DNA from: Vicinamibacterales bacterium | GTDB lineage: Bacteria; Acidobacteriota; Vicinamibacteria; Vicinamibacterales; UBA8438 | Direction of reading: 5' to 3' | DNA length: 64,000 bases | NCBI GenBank assembly: GCA_965262985.1 | Contig: OZ253576.1 | Location: 1,031,806 to 1,095,805 of the forward strand | Part shown: piece by piece, positions 29,643 to 39,319 of the stretch | How the letters are laid out: each line of letters opens with the position of its first letter | Position numbering within the stretch: the first letter of the stretch is position 1 | Notes under the pieces: model-generated | Told to the model about the DNA's origin: nothing | The model's database searches: none | Seen by the model: only the letters and a program-made list of their open reading frames with translations | Made by a program: the position numbers and the translations under genes

Positions 29643-30506
29643 GTGGTCTGCAAACGCCTCCTGGTGGGCGCAGCCGTGGCGGTCTGGGTGGCGCCCGTCG
29701 CGGCGCAGCCACTGCAACTCGTGCATGTCGAGCCGGGTCGCCTGACCGTCGCCGCGCACGACGTGCCGCTTCGTCCGCTGGTGGAGGAGATTGCACGAGA
29801 AAGCGGTGTGGCGCTGGACGGCGTGGAGACGCTGACCGGTACGGTGACGGTGCGGTTCCGCCGGCACACGTGGGAGCGTGCGTTGCCGCTCCTGCTTGGC
29901 GACCGGGACTACGCATTGTCATGGTCGCCGCGCCGTCTGCCTGACGGCGGCGTCACGGTGACGCCCACCAGACTGCGGATCTTCGAAGCGCCTCCTCCGG
30001 CGGTGCCGAGCAGGTCACGCGCGGCGCGCGACGCAGCCCCTCGCCCGCCAGCCGCCGCCGAGCCGGCGCAGGTCATCGACGTGTTCATTCCCGGCGCAGA
30101 CCCGGACGCCGTCCGCCGCGCCGGTCGGGCGGCGCTCCGCGACGCGGACCGGGACGTGCGCTCCGCGACGGTCGCACGGCTGGCGCGCATGGGCGGCGAC
30201 GTCGCGGTCGAGACGCTGGAGCTGGCCCTCCGCGACGCGGACACCGGTATTCGCGAAGAGGCGGTCGCAGCCATGCAGCAGATTGGCGGCGACCGTGCCG
30301 CTCGCGGTCTGACGGCGGCCACCCACGACCGCACTGTCGGCATCCGGCTGCGGGCGGTTGACGCGCTCAGCGCCATTGGCGGGCCGGTGGCGGCGCAACT
30401 GCTCGAGTATGTGCGGGCGGTCGATCGGGACGCTGCCGTTCGCGCCGCCGCGGGCGCGCGGCTCGCCGGCACGGGCGGCGGCCAGTCTGCGCCCGGGGGC
30501 CTCTGA
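29643..30506 (+). CDS. Secreted HEAT-repeat protein
   Basis: Signal peptide, STN-like N-domain, repeated ALRD.D..VR..A motifs. Confidence 0.72.
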   Translation: MVCKRLLVGAAVAVWVAPVAAQPLQLVHVEPGRLTVAAHDVPLRPLVEEIARESGVALDGVETLTGTVTVRFRRHTWERALPLLLGDRDYALSWSPRRLPDGGVTVTPTRLRIFEAPPPAVPSRSRAARDAAPRPPAAAEPAQVIDVFIPGADPDAVRRAGRAALRDADRDVRSATVARLARMGGDVAVETLELALRDADTGIREEAVAAMQQIGGDRAARGLTAATHDRTVGIRLRAVDALSAIGGPVAAQLLEYVRAVDRDAAVRAAAGARLAGTGGGQSAPGGL

Positions 30507-30604
30507 GGTGGTCTGCCCGGTCAGTGGCCCACCCGGTCGCCGGTGTGCTGTTCCGCCAACCTTGCGGATTCAATGGTTGTGCGGGCGGTTGACGCGGTAA
30601 GGGT

Positions 30605-31192
30605 ATGCGAGCCCAATGGTATGGCGACGTTCGGGACGTGGTGAAGTGGAGCGCGCTCATCCACCTGGCGCGGCGGGAGTCGGCGCCGGTGATCCTGCAC
30701 GTGGCGATGTGTCGTCCGGACGACGCGCCGCCGCCGCTGGCGACCGCGTACGGCCATGTTCCGTTGCCGGAGGACGTGTTACGGCATTTCTGGAACCTCG
30801 ACAACCTGCGCCGGCTGTCCGAGTCGACGGGGATCGCCATCGACATCCATGACGATCTGTTCACCCACCGTGCCGCCTACTTCGGCGGCGTCTGCCGGCG
30901 CATTCTGGGACTGGAGATGCCGGCGCTGGTGTTTCTGGACCCGGACATCGGCCTCGAGTCCGAGACCCCGGGACCGCCGGTCGTGACCTCGGCCGAGGTC
31001 GCGTTGCTGTTCGACGCGCTGCGGTCGGGCGACATTCTGGTCTGCTACCAGCACGCCAGGCGACAGAAAGGCTGGCGCGGTCGTGCCCGCCGCGCCTTCG
31101 CCAACGCACCGGGGCTGCCCTCATTCGACGTCGAGATACTGGAATCAAAGCTGGCGAGCGACGTACTGCTGCTGGCGGTGAAGAAACCCTGA
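30605..31192 (+). CDS. Hypothetical protein, possible Rossmann methyltransferase-like fold
   Basis: MRAQWYGD.RD..KW start, LVFLDPDIGL, V.YQH. Strong GC3. Confidence 0.65.
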   Translation: MRAQWYGDVRDVVKWSALIHLARRESAPVILHVAMCRPDDAPPPLATAYGHVPLPEDVLRHFWNLDNLRRLSESTGIAIDIHDDLFTHRAAYFGGVCRRILGLEMPALVFLDPDIGLESETPGPPVVTSAEVALLFDALRSGDILVCYQHARRQKGWRGRARRAFANAPGLPSFDVEILESKLASDVLLLAVKKP

Positions 31193-32307
31193 TGGTCAAG
31201 CAGACCGTGTTTCCAGCAGTGCTCCGTCTCGTCTGGATCATCGGCCTGTGGCTTGCGGCGCCCGCCGCGCACGCAGGGCAGAGCGATTTCTGGTTCACGG
31301 CAGAGTTGGATGCCTACAGGGCGGTGGTGGAGGACTACCGCGCCCAGTCGGTGGAAGAGGTGATCGACCGGGTGCGGGCCTTCGAGCCTCGCGCGGTGCA
31401 CGAGCTGATCGATCGGGTTCGCGGCCCGGACCTCCGTCTCACCGGGACCGATGCCGAACCGGCGCTGAACGAACGGTTGTTCCGCTCGGCCGCGATGCTG
31501 CACATCGACATCGCGGAGCGCCTGTGGTGGCGGGGGCTCGAGAGCGCCGCCACCGATCAGATCGAGGTCGCGGTCCGCTGGGCCGATCTGAGCGCACGGC
31601 GGCCGGAGCCGCCCGGGTCGTTCCGGCGCCGGTGGTACCTGGCGGTGACCCTGCTGGCGTTCGAGCGCGGCGGTTGGCAGGCCGGGTTGGCGTTCGCGGA
31701 GCTGGCGTGCGACGCGCTGCCGGACGACGTACCGGTGCTGACCGCCGCCGCCTGGATGAACGAAGAACTGGCGCTGACTCCGTTCAACGTCGGCGTGAGC
31801 GGGGAGTCCGGACTGCGCCGGCGGCAGGAGGCGCAACGCACGCTGCTGGAGGCGGCGGCCGGTCTGGCCGGCAGGGCGCTGGCTGTCGCGCCACTGGCGG
31901 GGGAGGCGGCGCTGCGGCGGGCGCGGGTCGAGCTGCTGCTTGGCCGCGCGGACGACGCCCGGGAGCGTTTGCAGGGATTGATCGGCCGCCCCGATCTTTC
32001 GCGCCCGCATGCGTATCTGGCCCGGCTGCTGCTTGGGAGGATGTACGCGCGGGCGGATGACCCGGAGAACGCCGAGCGCCTGCTGCGAGAGGCGAGTGCG
32101 CTGTTGCCGGAGGGACAGGCGGCCCGTGTGGCGCTGAGCCGGCTGCTCGACACGCTGGGCGATCGACGCGCTGCGGCGGTCGTGCTCGAGCCGGTCCTCA
32201 GGGCCGAGGTGCCGGGGGGCGCGGCCGACCCCTGGGTGGCCTACCGGCTGGGGAGGAATCCGGGCCCGGCGCTGCGGGAGGCGCTGCGGGGCGAGGTGCG
32301 CCAATGA
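31192..32307 (+). CDS. Secreted TPR-like protein
   Basis: Signal peptide, helical repeats, DPWVAY C-terminal motif. TGATG coupling. Confidence 0.75.
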   Translation: MVKQTVFPAVLRLVWIIGLWLAAPAAHAGQSDFWFTAELDAYRAVVEDYRAQSVEEVIDRVRAFEPRAVHELIDRVRGPDLRLTGTDAEPALNERLFRSAAMLHIDIAERLWWRGLESAATDQIEVAVRWADLSARRPEPPGSFRRRWYLAVTLLAFERGGWQAGLAFAELACDALPDDVPVLTAAAWMNEELALTPFNVGVSGESGLRRRQEAQRTLLEAAAGLAGRALAVAPLAGEAALRRARVELLLGRADDARERLQGLIGRPDLSRPHAYLARLLLGRMYARADDPENAERLLREASALLPEGQAARVALSRLLDTLGDRRAAAVVLEPVLRAEVPGGAADPWVAYRLGRNPGPALREALRGEVRQ

Positions 32308-33230
32308 GGCGGCGTGCCCGGGGCTGCGCGTTGCTGGCGTGCCTGTTGGCCGGCGCCGGCGCCTCGGTGCACGCCCAGACCTTCCGCAGCGGCGTCGACG
32401 CCGTCGCGGTGGACGTGCTGGTCAGCGTGCGCGGGCGGCCGGTCAGCGGATTGACCGCGAGCGATTTCACCCTGCTCGACAACGACGTCCCGCAACCGGT
32501 CGAGGCGCTGCTGGTCGAGGACTTGCCGATCACGCTGCTGCTGGTGCTTGACACCAGCGGGAGCGTCGCTGGCGCGCCGCTCGAGCAATTGCGGGCAGCG
32601 GCCGAGGCGGCGGCCACGACGCTGCGCGCCGACGATCGCGTCGGTCTGGTCACCTTTTCCGACAAGCTGCGGATGGTCGTCGAGCCGCCGGCGCCGGTCA
32701 GCGACCTGCCCGCTGCACTGCGGCGGGTTCGCGCCGGCGGCGCCACCGCGCTCTACGACGCGGCGTTCGCGGCGTTCCTGCTGCGCGAGCAGACCGTGGG
32801 GCGGGTGCTGATGCTGGTCTTCAGCGACGGCGACGACACCGCGAGCTGGCTCGACCCGCGCGACGTCCTCGGCACCGCTCAACGCAGTGACGTGGTGGTC
32901 TATGGGGTGACGCTCGACAGGGCCCGCGGCGACGGGTGGGCCGACGGACCGACCGCCGCGTTCATCCGCCGCTGGTTTCCCGCCGCGCCGTATCTGCTGG
33001 GCCGGCACTTCCTGCCGCGTCTCGCGGAGGATACCGGCGGCTCGGTGTTCGTCGCCAACGAGATCGGCCGTCTGCGCGAGGCGTTCTCGCGGGTCATCAG
33101 CGAGTTTCGGAGCCGGTATCTGTTGACCTACTCGCCACAAGGGGTGGAGGCCGGCGGATGGCACGACCTGGAGGTGTCGGTGAGGGGGCGGGGGCGCCGG
33201 GTGCAGGCGCGTCGCGGCTACATGCGTTAG
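32304..33230 (+). CDS. VWA domain protein (Acidobacterial type)
   Basis: QTFRSGVDAV.VDV, DTSGS MIDAS, TALYDA, SDG.D, YLLTY.P, ARRGY. Confidence 0.9.
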   Translation: MRRRARGCALLACLLAGAGASVHAQTFRSGVDAVAVDVLVSVRGRPVSGLTASDFTLLDNDVPQPVEALLVEDLPITLLLVLDTSGSVAGAPLEQLRAAAEAAATTLRADDRVGLVTFSDKLRMVVEPPAPVSDLPAALRRVRAGGATALYDAAFAAFLLREQTVGRVLMLVFSDGDDTASWLDPRDVLGTAQRSDVVVYGVTLDRARGDGWADGPTAAFIRRWFPAAPYLLGRHFLPRLAEDTGGSVFVANEIGRLREAFSRVISEFRSRYLLTYSPQGVEAGGWHDLEVSVRGRGRRVQARRGYMR

Positions 33231-33425
33231 GAGCCCGTGGTGAAACCGCGCGCAGCACCGAGCGTGGCGAAGCGCCCGCATGGCAAGGCGAGATGTAGGG
33301 GCAACCCTTGTGGTTGCCCTGTTCGTCTGCCGAAACAACGCCGTCCAGGCGGGACAGGGAGCAAATTGGGAAATTTGCGACCGCATCGCCGCGCGAATGC
33401 CGCGGGGCTTTCACCACGGGCTCCT
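33229..33425. mobile_element. MITE-like modular repeat, full copy E
   Basis: Perfect 17-bp TIR aggagcccgtggtgaaa / tttcaccacgggctcct. REP at 33295-33319 plus the gggacagggagcaaattgggaaatttgcgaccgcat module. Confidence 0.88.
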
Positions 33426-33525
33426 TGCGCCGGCCGTCGAACAGCGAGTCGACCGGATCATCCCGGCGCGAGCGTCTCGCCGCGGCCGAGCGCCCGCGCC
33501 GCCGCCGTCCCCGGAAATCAATCGA

Positions 33526-34203
33526 TCACAGCTCGAGCCGGTCGTTGAAGACCATCTCCTCGAGCTTGAACTTGCGCTTGATCGTCGTATCTCCGACCTT
33601 CGAGACGAACTCGATCTCATCGTCTTCCAGCACGATCGGGTCGTCCTTGGGGAAGACGTAGACGAGCGAGAGGCTGCGCCCCTCCCGCTGTGGACCGGCC
33701 TGGACCGGCAGGATCGGAGGCTTCCCGTTCCGCTCCAACCGTGCTTCGGCTCCCAGTTCCCCCGATGACAGTCCGGCAAACTGGCCAGGAATGCCGGTGA
33801 CGAACACGTAGTACCCGGGTGGCGGCTGGTTGAGCACATCGAGCACCCCTTCCGGGACGGTGGCTCCTCGTTCAATCTGCGCCCGAACCTGCGCCTGTCT
33901 CACCGGCAGCGCGCTCTGCCAGCGGACCACGAGTCTGGACTGGCCAGCGCCGCCAAAACCGCCGCGTCCTCCGCCTCCGCCGCCCGCACCACCTCCGGCG
34001 GCAACGCCCCCACGCGCACCTTCCCTGGGGGGACGCGGAAACACGACGGTGATCCGTTTCGCCCAGGGCGAGTTGGACATCATCTTCTCGACGTCCCCGT
34101 CGGACCAGTCGTTGAACGCCTTCTCCTCCCAGAAGTCCGCGGCGAACACCGCGGCGCACGCCAGCACGCAGACGACTGAGATCGCCAAGCATCTCCGGGC
34201 CAC
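33526..34203 (-). CDS. Secreted hypothetical protein
   Basis: Signal peptide, DFWEEK.F.DWS...KMMSNSPWA, Gly-rich linker, RKFKLEEMVFN. AAGG upstream. Confidence 0.75.
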   Translation of the reverse strand: MARRCLAISVVCVLACAAVFAADFWEEKAFNDWSDGDVEKMMSNSPWAKRITVVFPRPPREGARGGVAAGGGAGGGGGGRGGFGGAGQSRLVVRWQSALPVRQAQVRAQIERGATVPEGVLDVLNQPPPGYYVFVTGIPGQFAGLSSGELGAEARLERNGKPPILPVQAGPQREGRSLSLVYVFPKDDPIVLEDDEIEFVSKVGDTTIKRKFKLEEMVFNDRLEL

Positions 34204-34471
34204 TCTGCACCTTCCTTTGCACGGGGTCCGCTGCGCGGTGTCAACTGCACGGGGTCAGCGAACGCGCATGGGCTAATTTAACACCCTTTTCCGGTACATT
34301 GAACCGCTCTGGATGAAGGAATCGCGCGCTGCACAGGTAATCGCGACACTGTCCATCAACGCCGCGAAAAGTGAACCGTGACGCGATGGAGCCGAAGCTC
34401 GTGTGCACGTCTTCCACCGCCAGCGCCGTTTCGGCCGGTCGGGCCGCGCGGAGTCGCCTACGAGGATCGGG

Positions 34472-35116
34472 TCATCCGGTGAGAGCGCGTGAGAAGCGCC
34501 AGACGGTGGCGGGCGGGAGATTGGCGGCGGCAAATGCCACTCGCTTGCCCGTCAGCCCGAGAGTCTGGCACGGCAGGGGAGACGCCACGCCGTAGGAATA
34601 CTGTATGAGACAGCCCTCGTCCGACAGCACGCGGAACGCGGCCCGTACGATCTCGTCACGATCGTTCGGCGTCAGGCTGTTGAGGGGAAGCGAGGAGACG
34701 ACCGTCGATACGCGGCCGGCCCGCCCGGCCGGGAGAATCTCGTCGAGCCGCAATGCGTTCAAGTGAAGTACGGTCGCGCTCGGAAAGTGCCCTTCCAGCC
34801 AGGCGTGCAGGTGCCGGTCCCGCTCCACCAGGACGAGACGCTTCTCGGAAACGCCGGCCGCGAGCAGGGCGCGGGTCACCGACCCGGTCCCCGGCCCGAG
34901 CTCGATCACCCAATCTCCATTCCTGTTGTTCATCTGCGCCGCGCGGGCCATGGCCCGCGCGAGGGCCGGCGAGCTTGGTGCGATTGAGCCCATCCGGAGA
35001 GGATTTGCGAGCCATCGCCGGAGGAACAGGGCAAGCTCGGCGCGCCGGCGGGATGCAACCAGGGAACTCGCGCCGTGGGTGTGCGGCGGCTGTGGAACGG
35101 ACGCTTCTCTTCTCAT
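34472..35116 (-). CDS. Phospholipid N-methyltransferase (PmtA-like)
   Basis: WLANPLRMGSIAPSS, ELGPGTG, VSSLPL, IQYSY, NLPPATVW. Confidence 0.85.
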   Translation of the reverse strand: MRREASVPQPPHTHGASSLVASRRRAELALFLRRWLANPLRMGSIAPSSPALARAMARAAQMNNRNGDWVIELGPGTGSVTRALLAAGVSEKRLVLVERDRHLHAWLEGHFPSATVLHLNALRLDEILPAGRAGRVSTVVSSLPLNSLTPNDRDEIVRAAFRVLSDEGCLIQYSYGVASPLPCQTLGLTGKRVAFAAANLPPATVWRFSRALTG

Positions 35117-35124
35117 CGCGATTC

Positions 35125-35220
35125 GATACGGTTACGGATTGGCCGATCCCGCGGACAGTCGCGAGCATGCTGGACAGTATGCGCTATTGGGTGCAGGCAA
35201 TGCACGCCGACGGATTCCGG
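35125..35220 (+). pseudogene. Small fragment of a glycogen debranching enzyme (GlgX-like)
   Basis: MLDSMRYWVQAMHADGFR resembles the conserved GlgX segment DSLRYWV.EMHVDGFR. Confidence 0.55.
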
Positions 35221-35245
35221 TCCACGTCCAACGCCAGCCGGCGGC

Positions 35246-36067
35246 TCAATGCGCGGGCGCGTAGGCGGCCGCGCGAACGGTCACGCCTGGACGCGCCACG
35301 GTGACCCGCGGTACGCCGCCGCCGGCATCCGCCGCGCGGAGCGACAGCAGATACTGCAGACCCAGTTCGCGGCCGATGCCCGCCAGCGCGTCGCTGAACT
35401 CCTCCGAGGCGGCGACGGTCTGAAAGTGCGCGCCGCTGCCGGCGGCGAGCTGCTCGAAGTTCGTCAGCGGGACGTCGGTCACTGCGATGCCGTAGAACAG
35501 GATGCCGTGCATCGCCAGCGACTCGGCCAGGTGATCGAGGCGGCCGCTCAGATCGGCCGCGCGCCGGCGGCCGCGCACCTGTGAGGACTGCAGGTCCGAC
35601 GGTGCGATCTCGCTGGCCTGGCCCAGCATCAGAATGATCGGTCGTGCGGCGCCGCGGGCATGGAGGTCGTCAATCGCTTCGATGATCGCTGCGTCGAGCT
35701 CGCCCTCGACACTTTGCATGTCGACGATGCTGTCGTCGTCGAGGCTGCCGATGAACACGGACAGGGCGGAGGACAGTTGGCGCTGAGTCACGGCGAGGCC
35801 TTCGAAGATGGCCACGACCTGTACGGCGGGCGGCGCCGGGTCGACCGACACGATCTCCAGCAGGTCACCCTCAACGCGCACGGTGAAATCGTCCGCCGTC
35901 AATCCGCTGACCGGTGTTCCACCGGTATCGGTCACCGACACCAGCAGCCTTTGGTGAACGTCCTGCGTCGCACCGAGGGCGGCGGGGCTGCGCGCTGGCA
36001 AGGCGAGCCAGACGGCCGCGAGGCCGATCAGGAGGGCGGCGCCGGAGCGCAGGGGTGAGCGTTGCAT
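35246..36067 (-). CDS. Secreted VWA-like hypothetical protein
   Basis: Signal peptide, VSVTD..G.PVSGLTADDF.V, QYLLS, VTVARPGVTVRA. Confidence 0.75.
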   Translation of the reverse strand: MQRSPLRSGAALLIGLAAVWLALPARSPAALGATQDVHQRLLVSVTDTGGTPVSGLTADDFTVRVEGDLLEIVSVDPAPPAVQVVAIFEGLAVTQRQLSSALSVFIGSLDDDSIVDMQSVEGELDAAIIEAIDDLHARGAARPIILMLGQASEIAPSDLQSSQVRGRRRAADLSGRLDHLAESLAMHGILFYGIAVTDVPLTNFEQLAAGSGAHFQTVAASEEFSDALAGIGRELGLQYLLSLRAADAGGGVPRVTVARPGVTVRAAAYAPAH

Positions 36068-36146
36068 CGGATGGCTGAGGGGCGGTCTGCGGCGTCCCCT
36101 GGTCGATCAGGGGGCGCAGCGGCCGCTGAGCAGCGATTCGAGTGGA

Positions 36147-39032
36147 TTATACCGGTGCGAGCTGCGACGCCAACACGGTGGCGGGGTGGCGGGCGCTGAC
36201 CCCTGCCAAGTCGTGCACCTGGTGCCGGCAGGAGACGCCGGCGGCGACGAGGGTCTCGCCGGGACCAAGCGCCCGCGCCGCCGGCAGCAACCGGCGTTCG
36301 CCGATCTGCCGTGACAGGTCGAAGTGCTCGCGCGCATACCCGAACGAGCCGGCCATGCCGCAGCAGCCGGCGTCGAGGTCGACCACCTCGGCGTCCGGCA
36401 CCCGTCCGAGCAGCGCCAGGGCCGGGGCGACCAGTCCCAGCGACTTCTGATGACAGTGTCCGTGCAGCAGCAGGCGGGTCGGCCCGGGCCGGAAACGCAG
36501 CAGGTCCGGTTCGCCGCGCAGCCGGTCCTCCAACCACTCTTCGAACAGCAGGCAGGCCGCCGCCACCTCGCGCGCGCGCCGCTGGTCGTCATCCCGCAGC
36601 AGCGCCGGCAGATCGTCACGCAGCGCAGACAGGCAACTCGGCTCGAGCACCACGATGCGTGTCCCGGCCGACGCCAGTGGATGCAGACGCCGGACCGTCT
36701 CGATCGCCTGCCGCCGCGCGGCGGGCAACAGCCCCTGCGAGAAGAGCGGCCGCCCGCAGCAGGCCTCCGGTCCGAGTCCGACCGCGATGCCCGCGCGGTC
36801 ACACAGCGCCGCGACCGCCATCCCGACCTCGGGGTGGTAGTAGTTGGTGAACGTATCGCGGAACAGCACCACGCCGGGCGGCTCGGCTGGCGTCGGACGG
36901 TCGCGCCAGCGCGCGGCCAGGGTGCGCGGGGTCCAGGCGGGCAGCGCCCGGCGGCGGTCCAGGCCGAGCAGCCGTTCGTTGAGGGCGCGCACCAGGGGGT
37001 TCGACAGGCAGGGGTTGAGCAAGCGGGCGAACGGGCTGGCCCAGGCTGACAGCTCGTGGATGCCCCCGAGCAGGCGCGCGCGCAGCGGCGTGCCGTGCCG
37101 GCTCCAGTAGTCGGCCAGGAACTCGCTCTTGAAGCGGGCCATGTCGACGCCCACCGGGCATTCCGCCTTGCAGGCGCGGCACTCCAGGCACAGGTCGAGG
37201 GCGTCGAACACGCCGTCGTCGCCCAGACCGGTCTCGCCGAGGCGTCCGGTCATGGCGGAACGCAGCGCATTGGCCCGGCCGCGGGTCGAGTGGGTCTCGT
37301 CGCGGGTCGCCATGTAGGAGGGGCACATGGTGCCCTCGAGCGTCTTGCGGCAGGCGCCGACGCCGCTGCACATCTCCACCGCCCGGCCGAAGCCCCCATG
37401 TTCGGCGTAGTCGAACTGCGTGGGCGGGTCGGGTGTCCGATACTTGGATCCGTAGCGGAGATTCGACGTCAGGGGCGGTGTGTCGACGATCTTGCCGGGG
37501 TTGAACAGGCCGTCCGGGTCGAAGGTCCGTTTGACGTCGCGAAACGCGTCGTAGAGCTGCGCGCCGAACATGCGCTCCATGAAGGGGCCGCGCACCAGGC
37601 CGTCCCCATGTTCCCCCGACAGCGCGCCGCCGAACTCGAGGACGAGGTCGGCGATGTCGTTGGCGATCGCCTCGAACCGGGCGATGCCGTCGGCGGTCTT
37701 GAGATTGACGACCGGCCGCACATGCAGGCAGCCGACCGACGCGTGGGCGTAGACCCCGGTGCGGCTGCCGTGCCGCTGCACGATGGCCAGGAACCGCTCG
37801 ATGTAGTCCCGCAGCCGGTCCGGTGCGACCGCCGTGTCCTCGACGAAGGAGAGACTCTTGGCGTCTCCCTTCATCGCCATCGAGAGCCCCAGCGACGATT
37901 GACGCAGCTTCCAGATGCGGGCCTGGGCCGCCGGGGTGAGGGCGCGTGCGGTGCGGGCAGCGATGCCGCGGGTCTGCAGGTCCTGCTCGATCGCGGTGAG
38001 CCGGTCCGGCAGTTCGCCGGCGTCGTCTGCCTGCAGTTCGACACAGAGCAGCGCGCCGGGCGTCTCCCCCAGCAGCACCTCCCGGCGCAGTGCATCGAGG
38101 GCCGGATTCTCTCGGGAGTGATCCAGGATGAAACGGTCCATCACCTCGATCGCGGACGGGTGATGCTCGAGAATGACCGGCGTCGCGCCCAGGGCGTCGA
38201 GCAGATCGTCGAACTCGATCGTCAGGACCGCCTTGGCGGCGGGCAGCGGCACGAGATTCAGGCGCGCCTCGACCAGCACCCCGAGCGTTCCTTCCGATCC
38301 GACGACCAGCTTCGCGAGGTTGCACGGCTGATCGGGGTCGACGAACGCGTCCAGGTTGTATCCACCGACGCGGCGCAGGATGTTCGGAAAACGCCGCCCG
38401 ATTTCGGCGGCGTGCTCGGACCCGAGGCGGCGGACCTCGCGATAACAGCGGCCCTCGAGCGTGTCTGTCCGGCAGACCGCCTCCAGCTCGTCCGGGTGCA
38501 GCGGACGCAGGTGCGCGATGGATCCGTCGCTCAGGGCGACGTGCAGATCGAGCACGTGGTCGATCGTCTTGCCGTACAGCACCGATCGGGCGCCGCTGGA
38601 GTTGTTGCTGACCATGCCGCCGATGGTGGCGCGGTTGGCGGTCGAGATGTCCGGCGCGAAGCGCAGCCGGTGGGGGAGCAGCTTGGCGTTCAGCTCGTCG
38701 AGGACGATGCCCGGTTCGACCCGCACCCAGCGCTCGTCGGCGTTCACCTCGAGGACGCGGTTGAAGTACTTGGACGTGTCGAGCTGCAGCCCGGCGCCGA
38801 TCGCCTGACCGGCCTGCGAGGTGCCGCCGCCGCGCGCCGTGATCGAGACGCCGTGCCGGCGCGCGATCTCGATCGTGCGGACGACGTCCTCGCGCGAGCG
38901 GACGATGACGACGCCGGCCGGATCGATCTGATAGACGCTGGCGTCGGTCGAGTACAACGCTCTGGTGATGGCGTCGAAGCGGACTTCGCCGTCGAGGGCA
39001 TCCGTCAGGTCGCGTTGCAGCGAATCGGTCAC
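36147..39032 (-). CDS. FAD-binding and Fe-S-binding oxidoreductase (GlcD/GlcF-like fusion, 2-hydroxyacid dehydrogenase)
   Basis: RGGGTSQAGQ, GSEGTLG, SGEHGDG, CSGVGAC, CLECRACKAECP, CCG domains, HGHCHQ. Confidence 0.92.
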   Translation of the reverse strand: MTDSLQRDLTDALDGEVRFDAITRALYSTDASVYQIDPAGVVIVRSREDVVRTIEIARRHGVSITARGGGTSQAGQAIGAGLQLDTSKYFNRVLEVNADERWVRVEPGIVLDELNAKLLPHRLRFAPDISTANRATIGGMVSNNSSGARSVLYGKTIDHVLDLHVALSDGSIAHLRPLHPDELEAVCRTDTLEGRCYREVRRLGSEHAAEIGRRFPNILRRVGGYNLDAFVDPDQPCNLAKLVVGSEGTLGVLVEARLNLVPLPAAKAVLTIEFDDLLDALGATPVILEHHPSAIEVMDRFILDHSRENPALDALRREVLLGETPGALLCVELQADDAGELPDRLTAIEQDLQTRGIAARTARALTPAAQARIWKLRQSSLGLSMAMKGDAKSLSFVEDTAVAPDRLRDYIERFLAIVQRHGSRTGVYAHASVGCLHVRPVVNLKTADGIARFEAIANDIADLVLEFGGALSGEHGDGLVRGPFMERMFGAQLYDAFRDVKRTFDPDGLFNPGKIVDTPPLTSNLRYGSKYRTPDPPTQFDYAEHGGFGRAVEMCSGVGACRKTLEGTMCPSYMATRDETHSTRGRANALRSAMTGRLGETGLGDDGVFDALDLCLECRACKAECPVGVDMARFKSEFLADYWSRHGTPLRARLLGGIHELSAWASPFARLLNPCLSNPLVRALNERLLGLDRRRALPAWTPRTLAARWRDRPTPAEPPGVVLFRDTFTNYYHPEVGMAVAALCDRAGIAVGLGPEACCGRPLFSQGLLPAARRQAIETVRRLHPLASAGTRIVVLEPSCLSALRDDLPALLRDDDQRRAREVAAACLLFEEWLEDRLRGEPDLLRFRPGPTRLLLHGHCHQKSLGLVAPALALLGRVPDAEVVDLDAGCCGMAGSFGYAREHFDLSRQIGERRLLPAARALGPGETLVAAGVSCRHQVHDLAGVSARHPATVLASQLAPV

Positions 39033-39319
39033 GGAGGGGAGTATACCCTTGGGGTTCGGCCGTCACCCGCGCCGCACTCTGGCGATCCGGCGGTCGAGAT
39101 CGCCGGCCCCGCGGGCGGCCCGAGGCCGCGCCTCGCCGGCCTCCATCGTGCCCGGAGGCTGGCCCCCGCGGAGCGGGGCTCCGAGAAACGTCGTCCAGCG
39201 AGGCGGAGCCGACCGGGCCAGAGCGGCTTTCGGCGGAGCCGCGCGGAATCGGTGATAGATTGTCGGGTGGAGCTTGCCACGGGCGGCTGACGCCGCACAC
39301 CCGGGATCAGCGAGAGATC

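Noticed and set aside
39033-39319. GC-rich divergent intergenic region as a possible glycine riboswitch
   Set aside because: The conserved GGAGA...CCGAAG...CTCAGG elements were not found.
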